Below, one piece after another: positions 35,642 to 44,925 of a stretch of 48,268 bases of DNA. The notes under the pieces were generated by a model that saw only the letters and a program-made list of their open reading frames with translations, had not been told where the DNA came from and did not search any database. Source of the stretch: a virus (Duplodnaviria; Caudoviricetes). How positions within the stretch are numbered: position 1 is the first letter of the stretch; each line of letters opens with the position of its first letter. The translations under genes were made by a program, and so were the position numbers. Location of the stretch: positions 1 to 48,268 of the IMG/VR virus record IMGVR_UViG_3300044806_000313; one strand, 5' to 3'.

Positions 35642-35671
35642 TTAAAAGCACCTTTCGGCGTATCGGAGACG

Positions 35672-36532
35672 ATGCGCGGCATTACTCACCGAATGCTCAA
35701 TAACAGTTCTGAAAAGCGACTCTCGCAAGTGCATCCCGAATTAGCGCGGCGGGTTCGTTTAGCCATCACGGAATTGAACGGGCAAGAATTAAACATACAA
35801 GTTGTTCAAGGGCTGCGATCATTCGATGAGCAGAATGTGCTTTACGCGCAAGGCCGAACCGCGCCCGGTAAGATCGTCACGAACGCCAAGGGCGGATATT
35901 CAAACCACAACTTCGGCTTGGCTGTTGACCTTTGCCCATTCTTGAGCGACGGCAAGCCGCATTGGAGCGCGTCAGAAGGTACGTGGAAGGCCATAGGTAA
36001 AGCCGCAGAGCGCCAAGGGCTTGAATGGGGCGGGCGTTGGAAAACGTTCGTGGACAGGCCGCACGTCCAATTGCCGGGGCTTTCTGTAGCTGATTGCCGC
36101 GCACTCTACAGGCAGGGCGGGCTTCCGTTAGTTTGGGATCGTGCGACAAAGGCAAGGGCAGCGGCTGAAGGGGTAACAGAAGCGCCCGCTAAGTTGACGC
36201 CAAAAGGCTCAAGCGAAAGTATACAGACGGGACACAAAGCAACGCCCGTGCCAGCGCAAACCATTACCGTCACGAATCCCACAGGCCCAACAATCAGCGC
36301 GCAGGTAACCCCACTCCCGCAGGCTCCCAAAACTAACAGCCCGAATTCAGTAGGATTAGTCGGCAAGGCTTTGCTCGGTTATCGGATCACGCAAGCTTTG
36401 GCAGGCGGTTCAGCTTATGCGGCTATTTTCTGGCAGCAATACAAGACGCCGCTTTTACACTTCTTCGCGTTTTGCGCGGGTTTACTGTTGGCTTGGAATT
36501 TCAAGCCGCTAATCAAAAAGGAAATATCATGA
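35672..36532 (+). CDS. Endolysin, M15 family L-Ala-D-Glu peptidase, with C-terminal hydrophobic segments
   Basis: Motifs 'LYAQGRTAPGKIVTNAKGGYSNHNFGLAVD' and 'EWGGRW..FVDRPHVQ'. Confidence 0.92.
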   Translation: MRGITHRMLNNSSEKRLSQVHPELARRVRLAITELNGQELNIQVVQGLRSFDEQNVLYAQGRTAPGKIVTNAKGGYSNHNFGLAVDLCPFLSDGKPHWSASEGTWKAIGKAAERQGLEWGGRWKTFVDRPHVQLPGLSVADCRALYRQGGLPLVWDRATKARAAAEGVTEAPAKLTPKGSSESIQTGHKATPVPAQTITVTNPTGPTISAQVTPLPQAPKTNSPNSVGLVGKALLGYRITQALAGGSAYAAIFWQQYKTPLLHFFAFCAGLLLAWNFKPLIKKEIS

Positions 36533-36765
36533 CGAAATTGAAAGCGATTCTTGCGGCCCTCGGTTTGGGCGCACTCGCAAGCGCAAACAGCTTGCTCGAA
36601 CTGGTTGCACCGTTGCTCAACTTGCCGCCTTATTATTCGACGTTGCCGGGCTGGGGCAAGATCGTCGCGATCCTGCTTGGCGTCGGCGGCTTGGTTTTGG
36701 CGGCTGCGAAAACGAGCGAAAGCAATCCTGACGGCACGCCCGCCACTTCGGAGTGGAAGCCGTAA
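36529..36765 (+). CDS. Holin-like two-TM protein
   Basis: ATGA-coupled to the endolysin; two hydrophobic segments. Confidence 0.6.
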   Translation: MTKLKAILAALGLGALASANSLLELVAPLLNLPPYYSTLPGWGKIVAILLGVGGLVLAAAKTSESNPDGTPATSEWKP

Positions 36766-37136
36766 TGGGCAAGCTCGCAATTCTCGGCAAGCTTTGGGGC
36801 TACGTGGTGCAATTCTTTGCCAAGCTGTACGGCGCAAAGATGGCGGAGGCCGATGCGAAATACGAAGAGGTGCGAAAGCATAACCTTGAGCTTGCCGTCT
36901 TGGTTGCCAAGAACGCGAGCGAAAAGGCCGATATGCAGCGCGAAATTGATGCGATGCGCGAAGCAAAGCAATCAATGTTTGAGGATTTAAGCGAAGCGCA
37001 GGGCATTATTGAGGGACTTGAACTTGAATTGTCTTATGCGAAAAAACGCATTGCTAATATGCCTGCTTCTGACGTGTGGGATGCGCGGCTTAGCCCAAAC
37101 GCCACCCCTCCCATCATCAGCGGTGGCAACGCCTAA
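36765..37136 (+). CDS. Inner-spanin-like protein (N-terminal anchor plus coiled coil)
   Basis: Located in the lysis cassette; its 3' end overlaps the next gene in another frame. Confidence 0.5.
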   Translation: MGKLAILGKLWGYVVQFFAKLYGAKMAEADAKYEEVRKHNLELAVLVAKNASEKADMQREIDAMREAKQSMFEDLSEAQGIIEGLELELSYAKKRIANMPASDVWDARLSPNATPPIISGGNA

Positions 37137-37536
37137 CATTGAAACCGTGCGCCAATTGCCTGACGGTAATTGGTTGCTGCGCGTCAATGGCGAAGAGCGG
37201 CAGACAATCAACCTTGAGCAAAAGCGGCTGATGCTAACAACGCAGGCCGAGCGCGATTCGTTCGCGTTGCAGATTGCTGCGCTGAAAGATCAAGTCAAAG
37301 CGTTTGAGGCAATCAAGGCAATTGACGAAAAGATCACGGCCAACCAAGCGGCAATGATTGCAAGGCAGGACGCTTGGCTTGAGTCATCGGGCAAATTGGT
37401 TTTTGAATTGCAAGATGCGCTTGAGGCTTACCGCAAGGCCGCAAAGGTGGGCAAGATTGCAAACGCGTTGAACCATCCGGCGTGGAAGATCGGGGCGGCA
37501 ATTGCGCCGTTTTTAATTGGCGTTTTTGTAAGGTAG
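37036..37536 (+). CDS. Spanin-like exported protein with C-terminal hydrophobic tail
   Basis: Signal-like 'MRKNALLICLLLTC', coiled coil, and C-terminal 'WKIGAAIAPFLIGVFVR'. Confidence 0.5.
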   Translation: MRKNALLICLLLTCGMRGLAQTPPLPSSAVATPNIETVRQLPDGNWLLRVNGEERQTINLEQKRLMLTTQAERDSFALQIAALKDQVKAFEAIKAIDEKITANQAAMIARQDAWLESSGKLVFELQDALEAYRKAAKVGKIANALNHPAWKIGAAIAPFLIGVFVR

Positions 37537-37656
37537 AAGATTGACATTCGCGCCGCCGCAAAGGGGCTAAGCGGCGCGGGTAAACAGGGCGGGCGGTAAT
37601 CACACGGGGGTGCGCGCCGTTCGCCTTGCAAATTTATAGGGGAAGGTGAATGGGAA

Positions 37657-37932
37657 GTGATTAGCAAAGATCAGGTGGCAGAGTTCGTGGCGTCTTTTGG
37701 ATTGCCGTTAAGCGGTGGCGTAATTGGTGGGGCTTTCGCAAGCGTTGCCGATTTGAGCCACTTTTACGGCGCGGCATTGGGCGCAGTGGCGGGCCTGCTA
37801 TCAGTCGGACTGCGCGGCTGGTTTCGGTTGAAAGAATTGCAGCAGCAGCACGAAACGGAAGCGATGAAGCTGCGCAATGACAGACTTGTGCGGAAGTTGA
37901 AAAAGGCAGGGATTGACCCTGATACGGAGTAG
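37657..37932 (+). CDS. Holin-like/membrane protein with C-terminal coiled coil
   Basis: Two hydrophobic segments and a basic tail. Confidence 0.55.
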   Translation: MISKDQVAEFVASFGLPLSGGVIGGAFASVADLSHFYGAALGAVAGLLSVGLRGWFRLKELQQQHETEAMKLRNDRLVRKLKKAGIDPDTE

Positions 37933-37934
37933 AG

Positions 37935-38225
37935 ATGGAACCGGAAACGACAACAACTGCATTGATAAAAATTGAGCAGGTTACGCGATGGGTAATCACC
38001 TTGCCCGACGGCGCAAGGCTTGAAGGACTTGAGAAGCAAGACACTTGGAACGGGTTGACGAAATTTGCGCGAACGAATCCTGATGGCTCGGAGTCATGGG
38101 TTATCGCGGCCATGCCAAGCGCAATAGAGCAAGTTTTCATAACGCTTGGTTGGAGTACAGGTCAATATATGCCTGTGCTTTGTTCGACGGATTTGGTTAG
38201 ACATTTGAAGCGCAAGATTTATTGA
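37935..38225 (+). CDS. Hypothetical protein
   Basis: GGAG RBS; 96 aa. Confidence 0.6.
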   Translation: MEPETTTTALIKIEQVTRWVITLPDGARLEGLEKQDTWNGLTKFARTNPDGSESWVIAAMPSAIEQVFITLGWSTGQYMPVLCSTDLVRHLKRKIY

Positions 38226-38342
38226 CTTTGGCGCGGCGGTGCCGCGTTTGCGCCACACGAGACGGGGCGGGCGCTGTCCGGTGGGTGCCGATGCTGATGC
38301 GAGGACACGGCAGCGTTTGCCCCGTACATTTAGGAGAAAGAA

Positions 38343-38630
38343 TTGAGCAACCTCACAAAGAAAGAAATCGCCAAGGCGCTATCTGAAATGCCGTCCGTTG
38401 ATTTGCCCGTCACGAAAGTCGAGGACGTAATCAACGGGCTGATTGTCATCATTCGCAATGGCTTAATGGCAGGCAAAAGCGTTGAACTGCGCGGCTTGCT
38501 GAAAGCCACGATAGTCGAACGCGCAGCACGGCAAGGGCACAACCCGCGCACGGGTGAGAAGGTTGCAATCTCTGCCAAAAAGACTGTGACGATTAAAGCG
38601 GCAAAGGAATTGAAAGCGGCAGTCAACTAA
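38343..38630 (+). CDS. HU/IHF-family histone-like DNA-binding protein
   Basis: 'VELRG...ERAARQGHNPRTGEKVAISAKKTV..KAAKELKAAVN'. Confidence 0.95.
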   Translation: MSNLTKKEIAKALSEMPSVDLPVTKVEDVINGLIVIIRNGLMAGKSVELRGLLKATIVERAARQGHNPRTGEKVAISAKKTVTIKAAKELKAAVN

Positions 38631-38633
38631 ACA

Positions 38634-38942
38634 ATGAACGCAATCAAACGAGCGCGACAACAAGCGGATTCAATCCTAAGCAGGCACGAGATTTCATTCT
38701 GCGTGCTCGTGTTAAATGACGCGCTCGAATGCGATCTTGAGCGGCAGTACGGCTATGGATTGGTTGACATGTTCACAAGTGTCGCGTGGTGGGAGCGTAT
38801 ACGCTTTCGCCGCAAGCTCAAGGCGCTTTATCAAGACGCGCAGGTACGGGCATACATCAAGGCGCGAGTCACGGGGCAAGGCGTCGCAATAATCGAAGAA
38901 TACAAAGCCCGCGAATGGCCGGAATACTTAGACCACATCTAA
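38634..38942 (+). CDS. Hypothetical protein
   Basis: Contiguous 102-aa ORF. Confidence 0.6.
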   Translation: MNAIKRARQQADSILSRHEISFCVLVLNDALECDLERQYGYGLVDMFTSVAWWERIRFRRKLKALYQDAQVRAYIKARVTGQGVAIIEEYKAREWPEYLDHI

Positions 38943-39797
38943 ATGCAACCACCCCAAGCACTCGTTCAAGTTCAATACGCACCAGCCGAACAGCAAGAGC
39001 AGCGGTTCAGTCTGTTCGATGTGCCTGGATTCAACTATTCGCGCACGGGGCTGCAAATTGACCAAGACGTGCCATATGAGCAATGGGAGCGGTATGGCAT
39101 GGGGTTGAAGTGGGCAAAAGATTCTATTGAATGGGCAATAGGCGACTGGATCAACTTCGGCGAAGCAGCGTATGGCGAAAAATATGCACAGGCAATAGCG
39201 ATTACAGGCAAGGCGTATCAGACGTTGATGAATAACGCCTTTGTCGCGTCACGTTTCCCAATCTACCGACGTCGGGAGAATCTTGCTTTTGATATTTATT
39301 CATCTATTGCGCCGCTACAGCCGGATGAGCAAGACAAGATTCTTGACGAAGCGGAAGCGACGGACGCGTCTGTTCGTGAAGTGCGCCTACTCGTAAAGCT
39401 CCACAAGGCTGAAAAGCAAGCGAAGCGCAGCGGCAAATTCTTTGACGCAAACATTGAAGCAGCGCGCATCTTTTGGGAACGGCTAAGGCCGCAGATTGAA
39501 GAATTCCAACAGATATTTCCACCCGCAGCGCTTCACGTCCCAACGTTCCTCGATGACGTAAACGAGGCGCTGGATATGTCATTCAATGACCCGCCGCAAT
39601 TCATCCTTGAAGCGTTGGAGCAACAGCCGCGCACGACGCAAGAGCTTTTGAAAGCTACGGGTTATTGCCGCGATACGTTGGAAGCGTTGTTAAAAGAGCT
39701 TGAGGCAGCGGGCAGCATTGCGGAGTTGTCGCAAGGGCAAGTCACAGAAATGGCACGCGGAGCAGTGCAAACCGTTTGGGTGTGCGTGGAAGGATAA
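38943..39797 (+). CDS. LmbU-like DNA-binding protein with C-terminal wHTH
   Basis: 'WAIGDWINFGE..YGEKY..A...TG..YQTL.N...VASRF...RRRENL.F' matches the LmbU pattern as I recall it. Confidence 0.7.
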   Translation: MQPPQALVQVQYAPAEQQEQRFSLFDVPGFNYSRTGLQIDQDVPYEQWERYGMGLKWAKDSIEWAIGDWINFGEAAYGEKYAQAIAITGKAYQTLMNNAFVASRFPIYRRRENLAFDIYSSIAPLQPDEQDKILDEAEATDASVREVRLLVKLHKAEKQAKRSGKFFDANIEAARIFWERLRPQIEEFQQIFPPAALHVPTFLDDVNEALDMSFNDPPQFILEALEQQPRTTQELLKATGYCRDTLEALLKELEAAGSIAELSQGQVTEMARGAVQTVWVCVEG

Positions 39798-39801
39798 AAC
39801 G

Positions 39802-40107
39802 ATGAAAGACGGCGAACTTATAGCCCGTTTTGGCGAAGTGGAAGGCGCACCGCAAAGAGCGTGCAATTTAATGCTCAAAGTTTGCGCAGACTCACCGGAC
39901 GAAGTGATTAAAGCGCTCAATGCGATGGCTTTTGAGATAGGCGCAGGGCGCGCAACGCATGGCATGAGTTGCGGATGGGGCAGCGCTTACAGTTATGTTT
40001 TTACTGCGCAGAACGGCCCAACGCACGACGAATATTTTGAGCAAGCTGAAAAGTTCTTGGCAAGTAGATCGCAAGGGCAACGCGTTGGCTCATTTGTGGA
40101 GGCGTAG
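39802..40107 (+). CDS. Hypothetical protein
   Basis: AAGGA RBS before ATG 39802. Confidence 0.6.
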   Translation: MKDGELIARFGEVEGAPQRACNLMLKVCADSPDEVIKALNAMAFEIGAGRATHGMSCGWGSAYSYVFTAQNGPTHDEYFEQAEKFLASRSQGQRVGSFVEA

Positions 40108-40109
40108 GA

Positions 40110-40523
40110 GTGGCGACGAAAGCGAAGGCGACAACGCGCAGCCCACACAAAGGCAAGGCGCACGACGATTCAACGCGGGCGGCTGTGATGGCTGCATTGC
40201 TGGCTGGGCAAGGTGTAAGCGAAGTTGCGCGGCAGTTCAAGCTTTCAAAGTCGGTTGTCTCGCGAATGAAATCAGAGATTTCAAAAGGCGAGTTGGAACA
40301 AGTTGGAACCAAAAAGCAAATAGAGTTCGGTGAAAAGCTTGGCGACTACTTATCAAAAACGCTTGATGCGTTAGCGGTTCAAGCTGAGTTATTTGGGGAT
40401 GAAACATACCTTCGTGGACAACCAGTATCCGACCTTGCGGTGCTTCACGGGATTCAAGCCGATAAAGCGGTTCGCCTTCTCGAAGCCATTGAGCGCGCAA
40501 ACGGCGTCGAAGAAAACCAATAA
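40110..40523 (+). CDS. Terminase small subunit (HTH)
   Basis: HTH 'GQGVSEVARQFKLSKSVVSRMK'; directly upstream of TerL. Confidence 0.75.
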   Translation: MATKAKATTRSPHKGKAHDDSTRAAVMAALLAGQGVSEVARQFKLSKSVVSRMKSEISKGELEQVGTKKQIEFGEKLGDYLSKTLDALAVQAELFGDETYLRGQPVSDLAVLHGIQADKAVRLLEAIERANGVEENQ

Positions 40524-41922
40524 GCCGCTCAGCTTTCGGCAGTTCATCGCCATAGCTGCACCGAAATTCAAATTCTACCGACACTGTGACGCGCTCATTG
40601 ACGTTCTGCAAAAAGTGGCAGACGGCGAGATCAAGCGCCTGATGGTTTTCGAGCCGCCACGCCACGGCAAGAGCGAACTCGTTTCTCGGCTATTCTCAGC
40701 CTATTTCCTTTATCTGTACCCACATCGTTTCGTTGGACTTTCCAGCTATTCGGCTGACCTTGCCTATACGCTCTCACGCGCCAGCCGTGAAAACTACCTT
40801 GCGGCGGTTGGCTCACTCAGCGACCAAGCCAGTGCTGTGAAGCAATGGGAAACAGGGCACGGCGGCGGCTTGTGGGCATCGGGCGCGGGCGGGCCTGCAA
40901 CGGGTAAGGGCGCGCATCTTTTGATCGTGGACGATCCAATCAAAAACGCAGAAGACGCCGCGTCTGACACGATCCGGCTCAAGCTCCAAGAGTGGTGGAA
41001 TTCAACGTGGTACACACGCGAAGAGCCGTGGACGGATGGCGACCCAAACGGCGCGATGATTCTTGTGCAAACACGCTGGCACGAGGACGACCTTGCAGGC
41101 TGGTTGATCGAGCAAGAGCGGCAAGCAGAAGACGAAGACGACCGCGAACGCTGGCACATCGTCAACCTGCCGGCCATTGCAGAGGAAGCGGACGCCGAAC
41201 AATTCCCTGAAAGTTGCACGGTTGAACCGGACTGGCGCAGCCCGGGTGAAGCGCTTTGTCCCGAACGCAGGCCAATCGAAAAGCTGAAACGCATAGCCAA
41301 GCGCATTGGCGGGTACTTTTGGGACGCGCTGTTTCAGCAAAGACCAACAGCCAAAGAAGGCGAGTTTTTCAAAGTCGGACAATTTCAGATCGTGGACGCG
41401 TTGCCCGCAAGCCTTATCAGGTGCCGTGCGTGGGATTTGGCCGGCACAGAAGGCGGCACAGGTGCGCGCACGGTTGGCGTAGGTATCGGCAAGGATGCAA
41501 CGACAGGGCTTTGGTACGTTTGGGGCTGCCACGGCGGGCGTTGGTCATCTGAGGAAGTCGAAACGCAAATCAAGAACACGGCGATGCTCGACGGGCAGCG
41601 CGTCAAGATTCATTTACCGCAAGACCCTGGGCAAGCTGGCAAGGGGCAAGCCCGGCAACTTGTGCGCTTGTTGGCAGGCTTCACGGTGAAAGCTGAGCCT
41701 GTGACGGGCAGTAAAGAGACGCGAGCCACGTCATACAGCGCGCAGGTGAACGCGGGCAATTTTCGGCTTTTGCGCGCCGAATGGAACAAATCGTTTATTG
41801 AAGTGCATCGGCAATTTCCACGCGGCAAGATCAAGGACGAAGTGGACGCGGCGGCAGATGGATTCAACGAATTAGCTTTGGGCGGCAACGGTGCGCGCAT
41901 GATCAACATTGAGCGCGGCTAG
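40489..41922 (+). CDS. Terminase large subunit (start uncertain)
   Basis: Walker A PPRHGKS; Walker B LLIVDD; 'QTRWHEDDL'; nuclease motifs 'AWDLA' and 'KDEVDA'. Confidence 0.95.
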   Translation: MSAQTASKKTNKPLSFRQFIAIAAPKFKFYRHCDALIDVLQKVADGEIKRLMVFEPPRHGKSELVSRLFSAYFLYLYPHRFVGLSSYSADLAYTLSRASRENYLAAVGSLSDQASAVKQWETGHGGGLWASGAGGPATGKGAHLLIVDDPIKNAEDAASDTIRLKLQEWWNSTWYTREEPWTDGDPNGAMILVQTRWHEDDLAGWLIEQERQAEDEDDRERWHIVNLPAIAEEADAEQFPESCTVEPDWRSPGEALCPERRPIEKLKRIAKRIGGYFWDALFQQRPTAKEGEFFKVGQFQIVDALPASLIRCRAWDLAGTEGGTGARTVGVGIGKDATTGLWYVWGCHGGRWSSEEVETQIKNTAMLDGQRVKIHLPQDPGQAGKGQARQLVRLLAGFTVKAEPVTGSKETRATSYSAQVNAGNFRLLRAEWNKSFIEVHRQFPRGKIKDEVDAAADGFNELALGGNGARMINIERG

Positions 41923-41966
41923 CACCTCCGCGAAAATTATTTTCCTTATTGTCATACGCTCAACCT

Positions 41967-43478
41967 ATGGCTACTGACGCGAAAGACAAACCAAACTACA
42001 AGCTGCCCGCTTACGAAGAGCAATTGCCCGCGATGAACGTTATGCGCGATGTGCTCGGCGGATCCGAGGCCGTGCGCGCAAAGGGCGAAACATATCTGCC
42101 CAAAGGCCCGCTCGAATTGCCGGAATCTTTCGCGGCGCGATTGGCTGCGGCTGCGCTGTTCCCGGCGACCAAGCGCACTTGGACGGGGTTTCTCGGCTTG
42201 CTGTTCAAGGATGAACCGACGCTTGGCGAAGATGTGCCGCAATCCATTGCAGGCACGGAAGGCGACGGCGAGACGGTCGAAGGGCTGAAAGAAAACATTG
42301 ACCTGCAAGGCAATAGCTTGACCGAGTTCGTCAAGGAAACGGCAGGCAATGCGCTACGCGATGGGCACGCGGCAATCGTGGTTGAAATGCCGCCTGCGGT
42401 CGTGCGTGAAGACGGACAGCCCGCGACGTTGGAAGATGAGCGACGGGCAGGCTTGCGGCCGTATTGGGTAATGTATGACAAAAAGCAAATCATTAACCCG
42501 CAGTACGAAGTGCGCGACGGCAAGACCGTGCTTTCAATGGTCGTCTTGGAAGAGCACACGATGGAGCCTGACGGCGCGTTCGGATCAAAAGCTATAGAGC
42601 GCTATCGGGTCTATCGTGACGTGAATGGCACAATTACTTCGCAAGTATTCACAGAAACGGAAGGCGAAGGCAGCGAAAAAGAGTTTATCGCTGGGCCGGA
42701 AGTGCGCATCGCTAATCAAGACGAAATCCCTATCAGCCCAATGTATGCGCGCAAGACGGGGCGCTTCAAATCTGAGCCGCCTTTGCTTGGAATGGCAGAG
42801 GAAAATCTAAGGCATTATCGCCTGCGTTCAACGCTTGAAAAGCTGTTGATGCACTCGTTTCCTGTGACGATCTCAAAAGGCGATTTGCGAGAGCTTGGCG
42901 TACCAGAAGGCTCGAATCAAAACCTACGCTTTTCGCCCGAAGCTGTATTGACGCTGCCTGATACGCCAGAAGCGACCGCGTTTCTACTTGAGCCAAAGGG
43001 AACAGGCATTGCGCCGCTACAAGCTGAAATCAAAGAGTGCGAAAGCCGTATGGCGCGTCTCGGTCTTTCGTTACTTGAGCCTGCGCAGCAAAGCGGCAAA
43101 ACGAACACGGAAGCCGCGACGGATGAAATGGAAGAACAAAGCGAGCTTGATTTCTTCCGCGAATCAATCAAGGACTGCGTTGAACGTGCGTTGATGTTCA
43201 CGGCCAAATTCATTGGCGAGCCAACGGGCGGCAGTTATGAATTGAAATCGGCAATGGCGAAGCGCAAATTTACGCCCGCGAAACTTGCAGCGTTCTCGCA
43301 GATGGTAACCGATAGGCAATTCCCGTTGCGTGACTTCTTGCTGATGCTCGTTGAATCGGGCGAGGCGCAAGAGACGTTCGACGTTGACAAGGCGCTGGTT
43401 GTACTTGAGAACGCAGCAACGAAAGCGGCGGAACGTCAACGCGGCATTTTTGACGCAGGCTTTACGCCGGGGGCTTAA
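41967..43478 (+). CDS. Portal protein (DUF4055-type)
   Basis: Follows TerL; motifs 'YLPK', 'NIDLQGNSL..F' and 'PPLL..AE.NL.HY'. Confidence 0.88.
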   Translation: MATDAKDKPNYKLPAYEEQLPAMNVMRDVLGGSEAVRAKGETYLPKGPLELPESFAARLAAAALFPATKRTWTGFLGLLFKDEPTLGEDVPQSIAGTEGDGETVEGLKENIDLQGNSLTEFVKETAGNALRDGHAAIVVEMPPAVVREDGQPATLEDERRAGLRPYWVMYDKKQIINPQYEVRDGKTVLSMVVLEEHTMEPDGAFGSKAIERYRVYRDVNGTITSQVFTETEGEGSEKEFIAGPEVRIANQDEIPISPMYARKTGRFKSEPPLLGMAEENLRHYRLRSTLEKLLMHSFPVTISKGDLRELGVPEGSNQNLRFSPEAVLTLPDTPEATAFLLEPKGTGIAPLQAEIKECESRMARLGLSLLEPAQQSGKTNTEAATDEMEEQSELDFFRESIKDCVERALMFTAKFIGEPTGGSYELKSAMAKRKFTPAKLAAFSQMVTDRQFPLRDFLLMLVESGEAQETFDVDKALVVLENAATKAAERQRGIFDAGFTPGA

Positions 43479-43510
43479 AGTGCGGTAAGATTGGCGCGGA
43501 GGAACCAACT

Positions 43511-43660
43511 ATGTTTACTTTTGGAGCGCATTGCAAATTATCCGATCCGCCAAAGCTGCCATTTTGGGTGCGGTGGATTTCGGGAGCACCGCGCAATGCC
43601 GAAAAGCCTGTAAATATTGGCGGGCTTGCGCGATTGCTGCGAAAATTTATAAATGCCTGA
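43511..43660 (+). CDS. 49-aa hypothetical peptide (not in the ORF track)
   Basis: GGAGG RBS; fills the gap between the portal and minor head genes. Confidence 0.4.
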   Translation: MFTFGAHCKLSDPPKLPFWVRWISGAPRNAEKPVNIGGLARLLRKFINA

Positions 43661-44642
43661 CATCTACCAAATAGCCGAACAGCACCGACGCCAATTGCTC
43701 GCACGCGATGAGGCGGCACGCGCACGCATCGCGGCGTCCTATGAGCAAACACGCGCACGCCTTGAACAACTTGCAGCCGAAGTTGCGCAGCGCATCGCCA
43801 CAGCCAAAGAGAACGGGGAAACGATCAGCCGCGCTTGGCTCTATCGGCAGGAAAGATACAAAGCCTTAATTGCGCAAGTTGAACGTGAAATTGACCAATG
43901 GACGCGGCAGATTGTCGCGCCCATGGTCGAGTTTGGGCAAGGGCAGGCCGCATCACTTGCGACGATCCATGCACGCGATTTGATTATTGAAAGCCAGCCG
44001 CTTGATGTAACCCTAAACATTCGCCGCTCTGCTTTTGGTCGTTTGCCAGTTGGCGCAATCGAAAACCTTGTGGGCTTTACCGCCGGCGGCTCGCCATTGT
44101 CGGCGCTGTTGAATGGCTACGGCGCGACGAGTGCTGACTTGGTTACGCAAGCGTTGATTGCAAATCTCGCATCGGGCAGAGGCCCGCGTGTGGCAGCGCG
44201 TGAGATTGCGAAGATTTTGGATCAACCACGCTGGCAGGCTGAAAGATTGGCGCGCACTGAGATGTTGCGGAGTTATCGCGAGACAACTTTAGAAAATTAC
44301 AAGGCGAATGGGATTGGGCAATGGGAATGGCTTTGTTCAAGATCACCTAGAACTTGCGCCGCATGTTTGTCGCAAGATGGCGAATTGTTTCCGGCTACAA
44401 CGCCTATGGCCTCTCACCCCAACTGCCGCTGCGTTCCAATTCCAGTTATCGGCAATCGCCGCACGCGGCAGACTGGTGCCGAATGGTTCGCGCTGCAATC
44501 CGATGAATTGCAAAACAACACGCTCGGCAAGGCCAATGCTGAGTTGTACCGCAGCGGGGAAGCCGGCCTTGCGGATTTCGTTGCATTGAAACGCTCTGAG
44601 AAGTGGGGCGACAGCTACGTGCAGACGGGGTTTAATCGGTAG
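43653..44642 (+). CDS. Minor head morphogenesis protein (SPP1 gp7/Mu gpF family)
   Basis: Motifs 'AERLARTE', 'RTCAAC...DG' and 'HPNCRC'. Confidence 0.92.
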   Translation: MPDIYQIAEQHRRQLLARDEAARARIAASYEQTRARLEQLAAEVAQRIATAKENGETISRAWLYRQERYKALIAQVEREIDQWTRQIVAPMVEFGQGQAASLATIHARDLIIESQPLDVTLNIRRSAFGRLPVGAIENLVGFTAGGSPLSALLNGYGATSADLVTQALIANLASGRGPRVAAREIAKILDQPRWQAERLARTEMLRSYRETTLENYKANGIGQWEWLCSRSPRTCAACLSQDGELFPATTPMASHPNCRCVPIPVIGNRRTRQTGAEWFALQSDELQNNTLGKANAELYRSGEAGLADFVALKRSEKWGDSYVQTGFNR

Positions 44643-44648
44643 GCTTGC

Positions 44649-44906
44649 TCACGCTTTCCCGCCTTCCGATCTTGGCAGCTTGTAATCAATGCCGCGCCGG
44701 ATCGCGCTTAGCTGCTCTTGCTTTTGCGGGTGGCCCATAATTTCGTGGTCTTTGCCTGTGATTTGTCGGTAAATCCCGTTGGCCGCTTCGCGGTGCTCCC
44801 ATCGCGTGCCGATTGCGCCAAGTCCGTCGTTAATTTCCGAATTTAGCCAGCGCAAAAGCAGTTCTTGTTGCTCAGTTGTGAGTGTAATTTGTATTTGATT
44901 GCTCAT
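44649..44906 (-). CDS. Moron-like hypothetical protein, opposite in direction to the head operon
   Basis: 85-aa ORF with its own promoter and an AAAGG RBS. Confidence 0.7.
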   Translation of the reverse strand: MSNQIQITLTTEQQELLLRWLNSEINDGLGAIGTRWEHREAANGIYRQITGKDHEIMGHPQKQEQLSAIRRGIDYKLPRSEGGKA

Positions 44907-44925
44907 AGGTTTGCCTTTCTAGCCC

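Noticed and set aside
40393-40523. TerS-TerL frameshift fusion
   Set aside because: The overlap lacks an in-phase X XXY YYZ heptamer; an internal start such as TTG 40489 is sufficient
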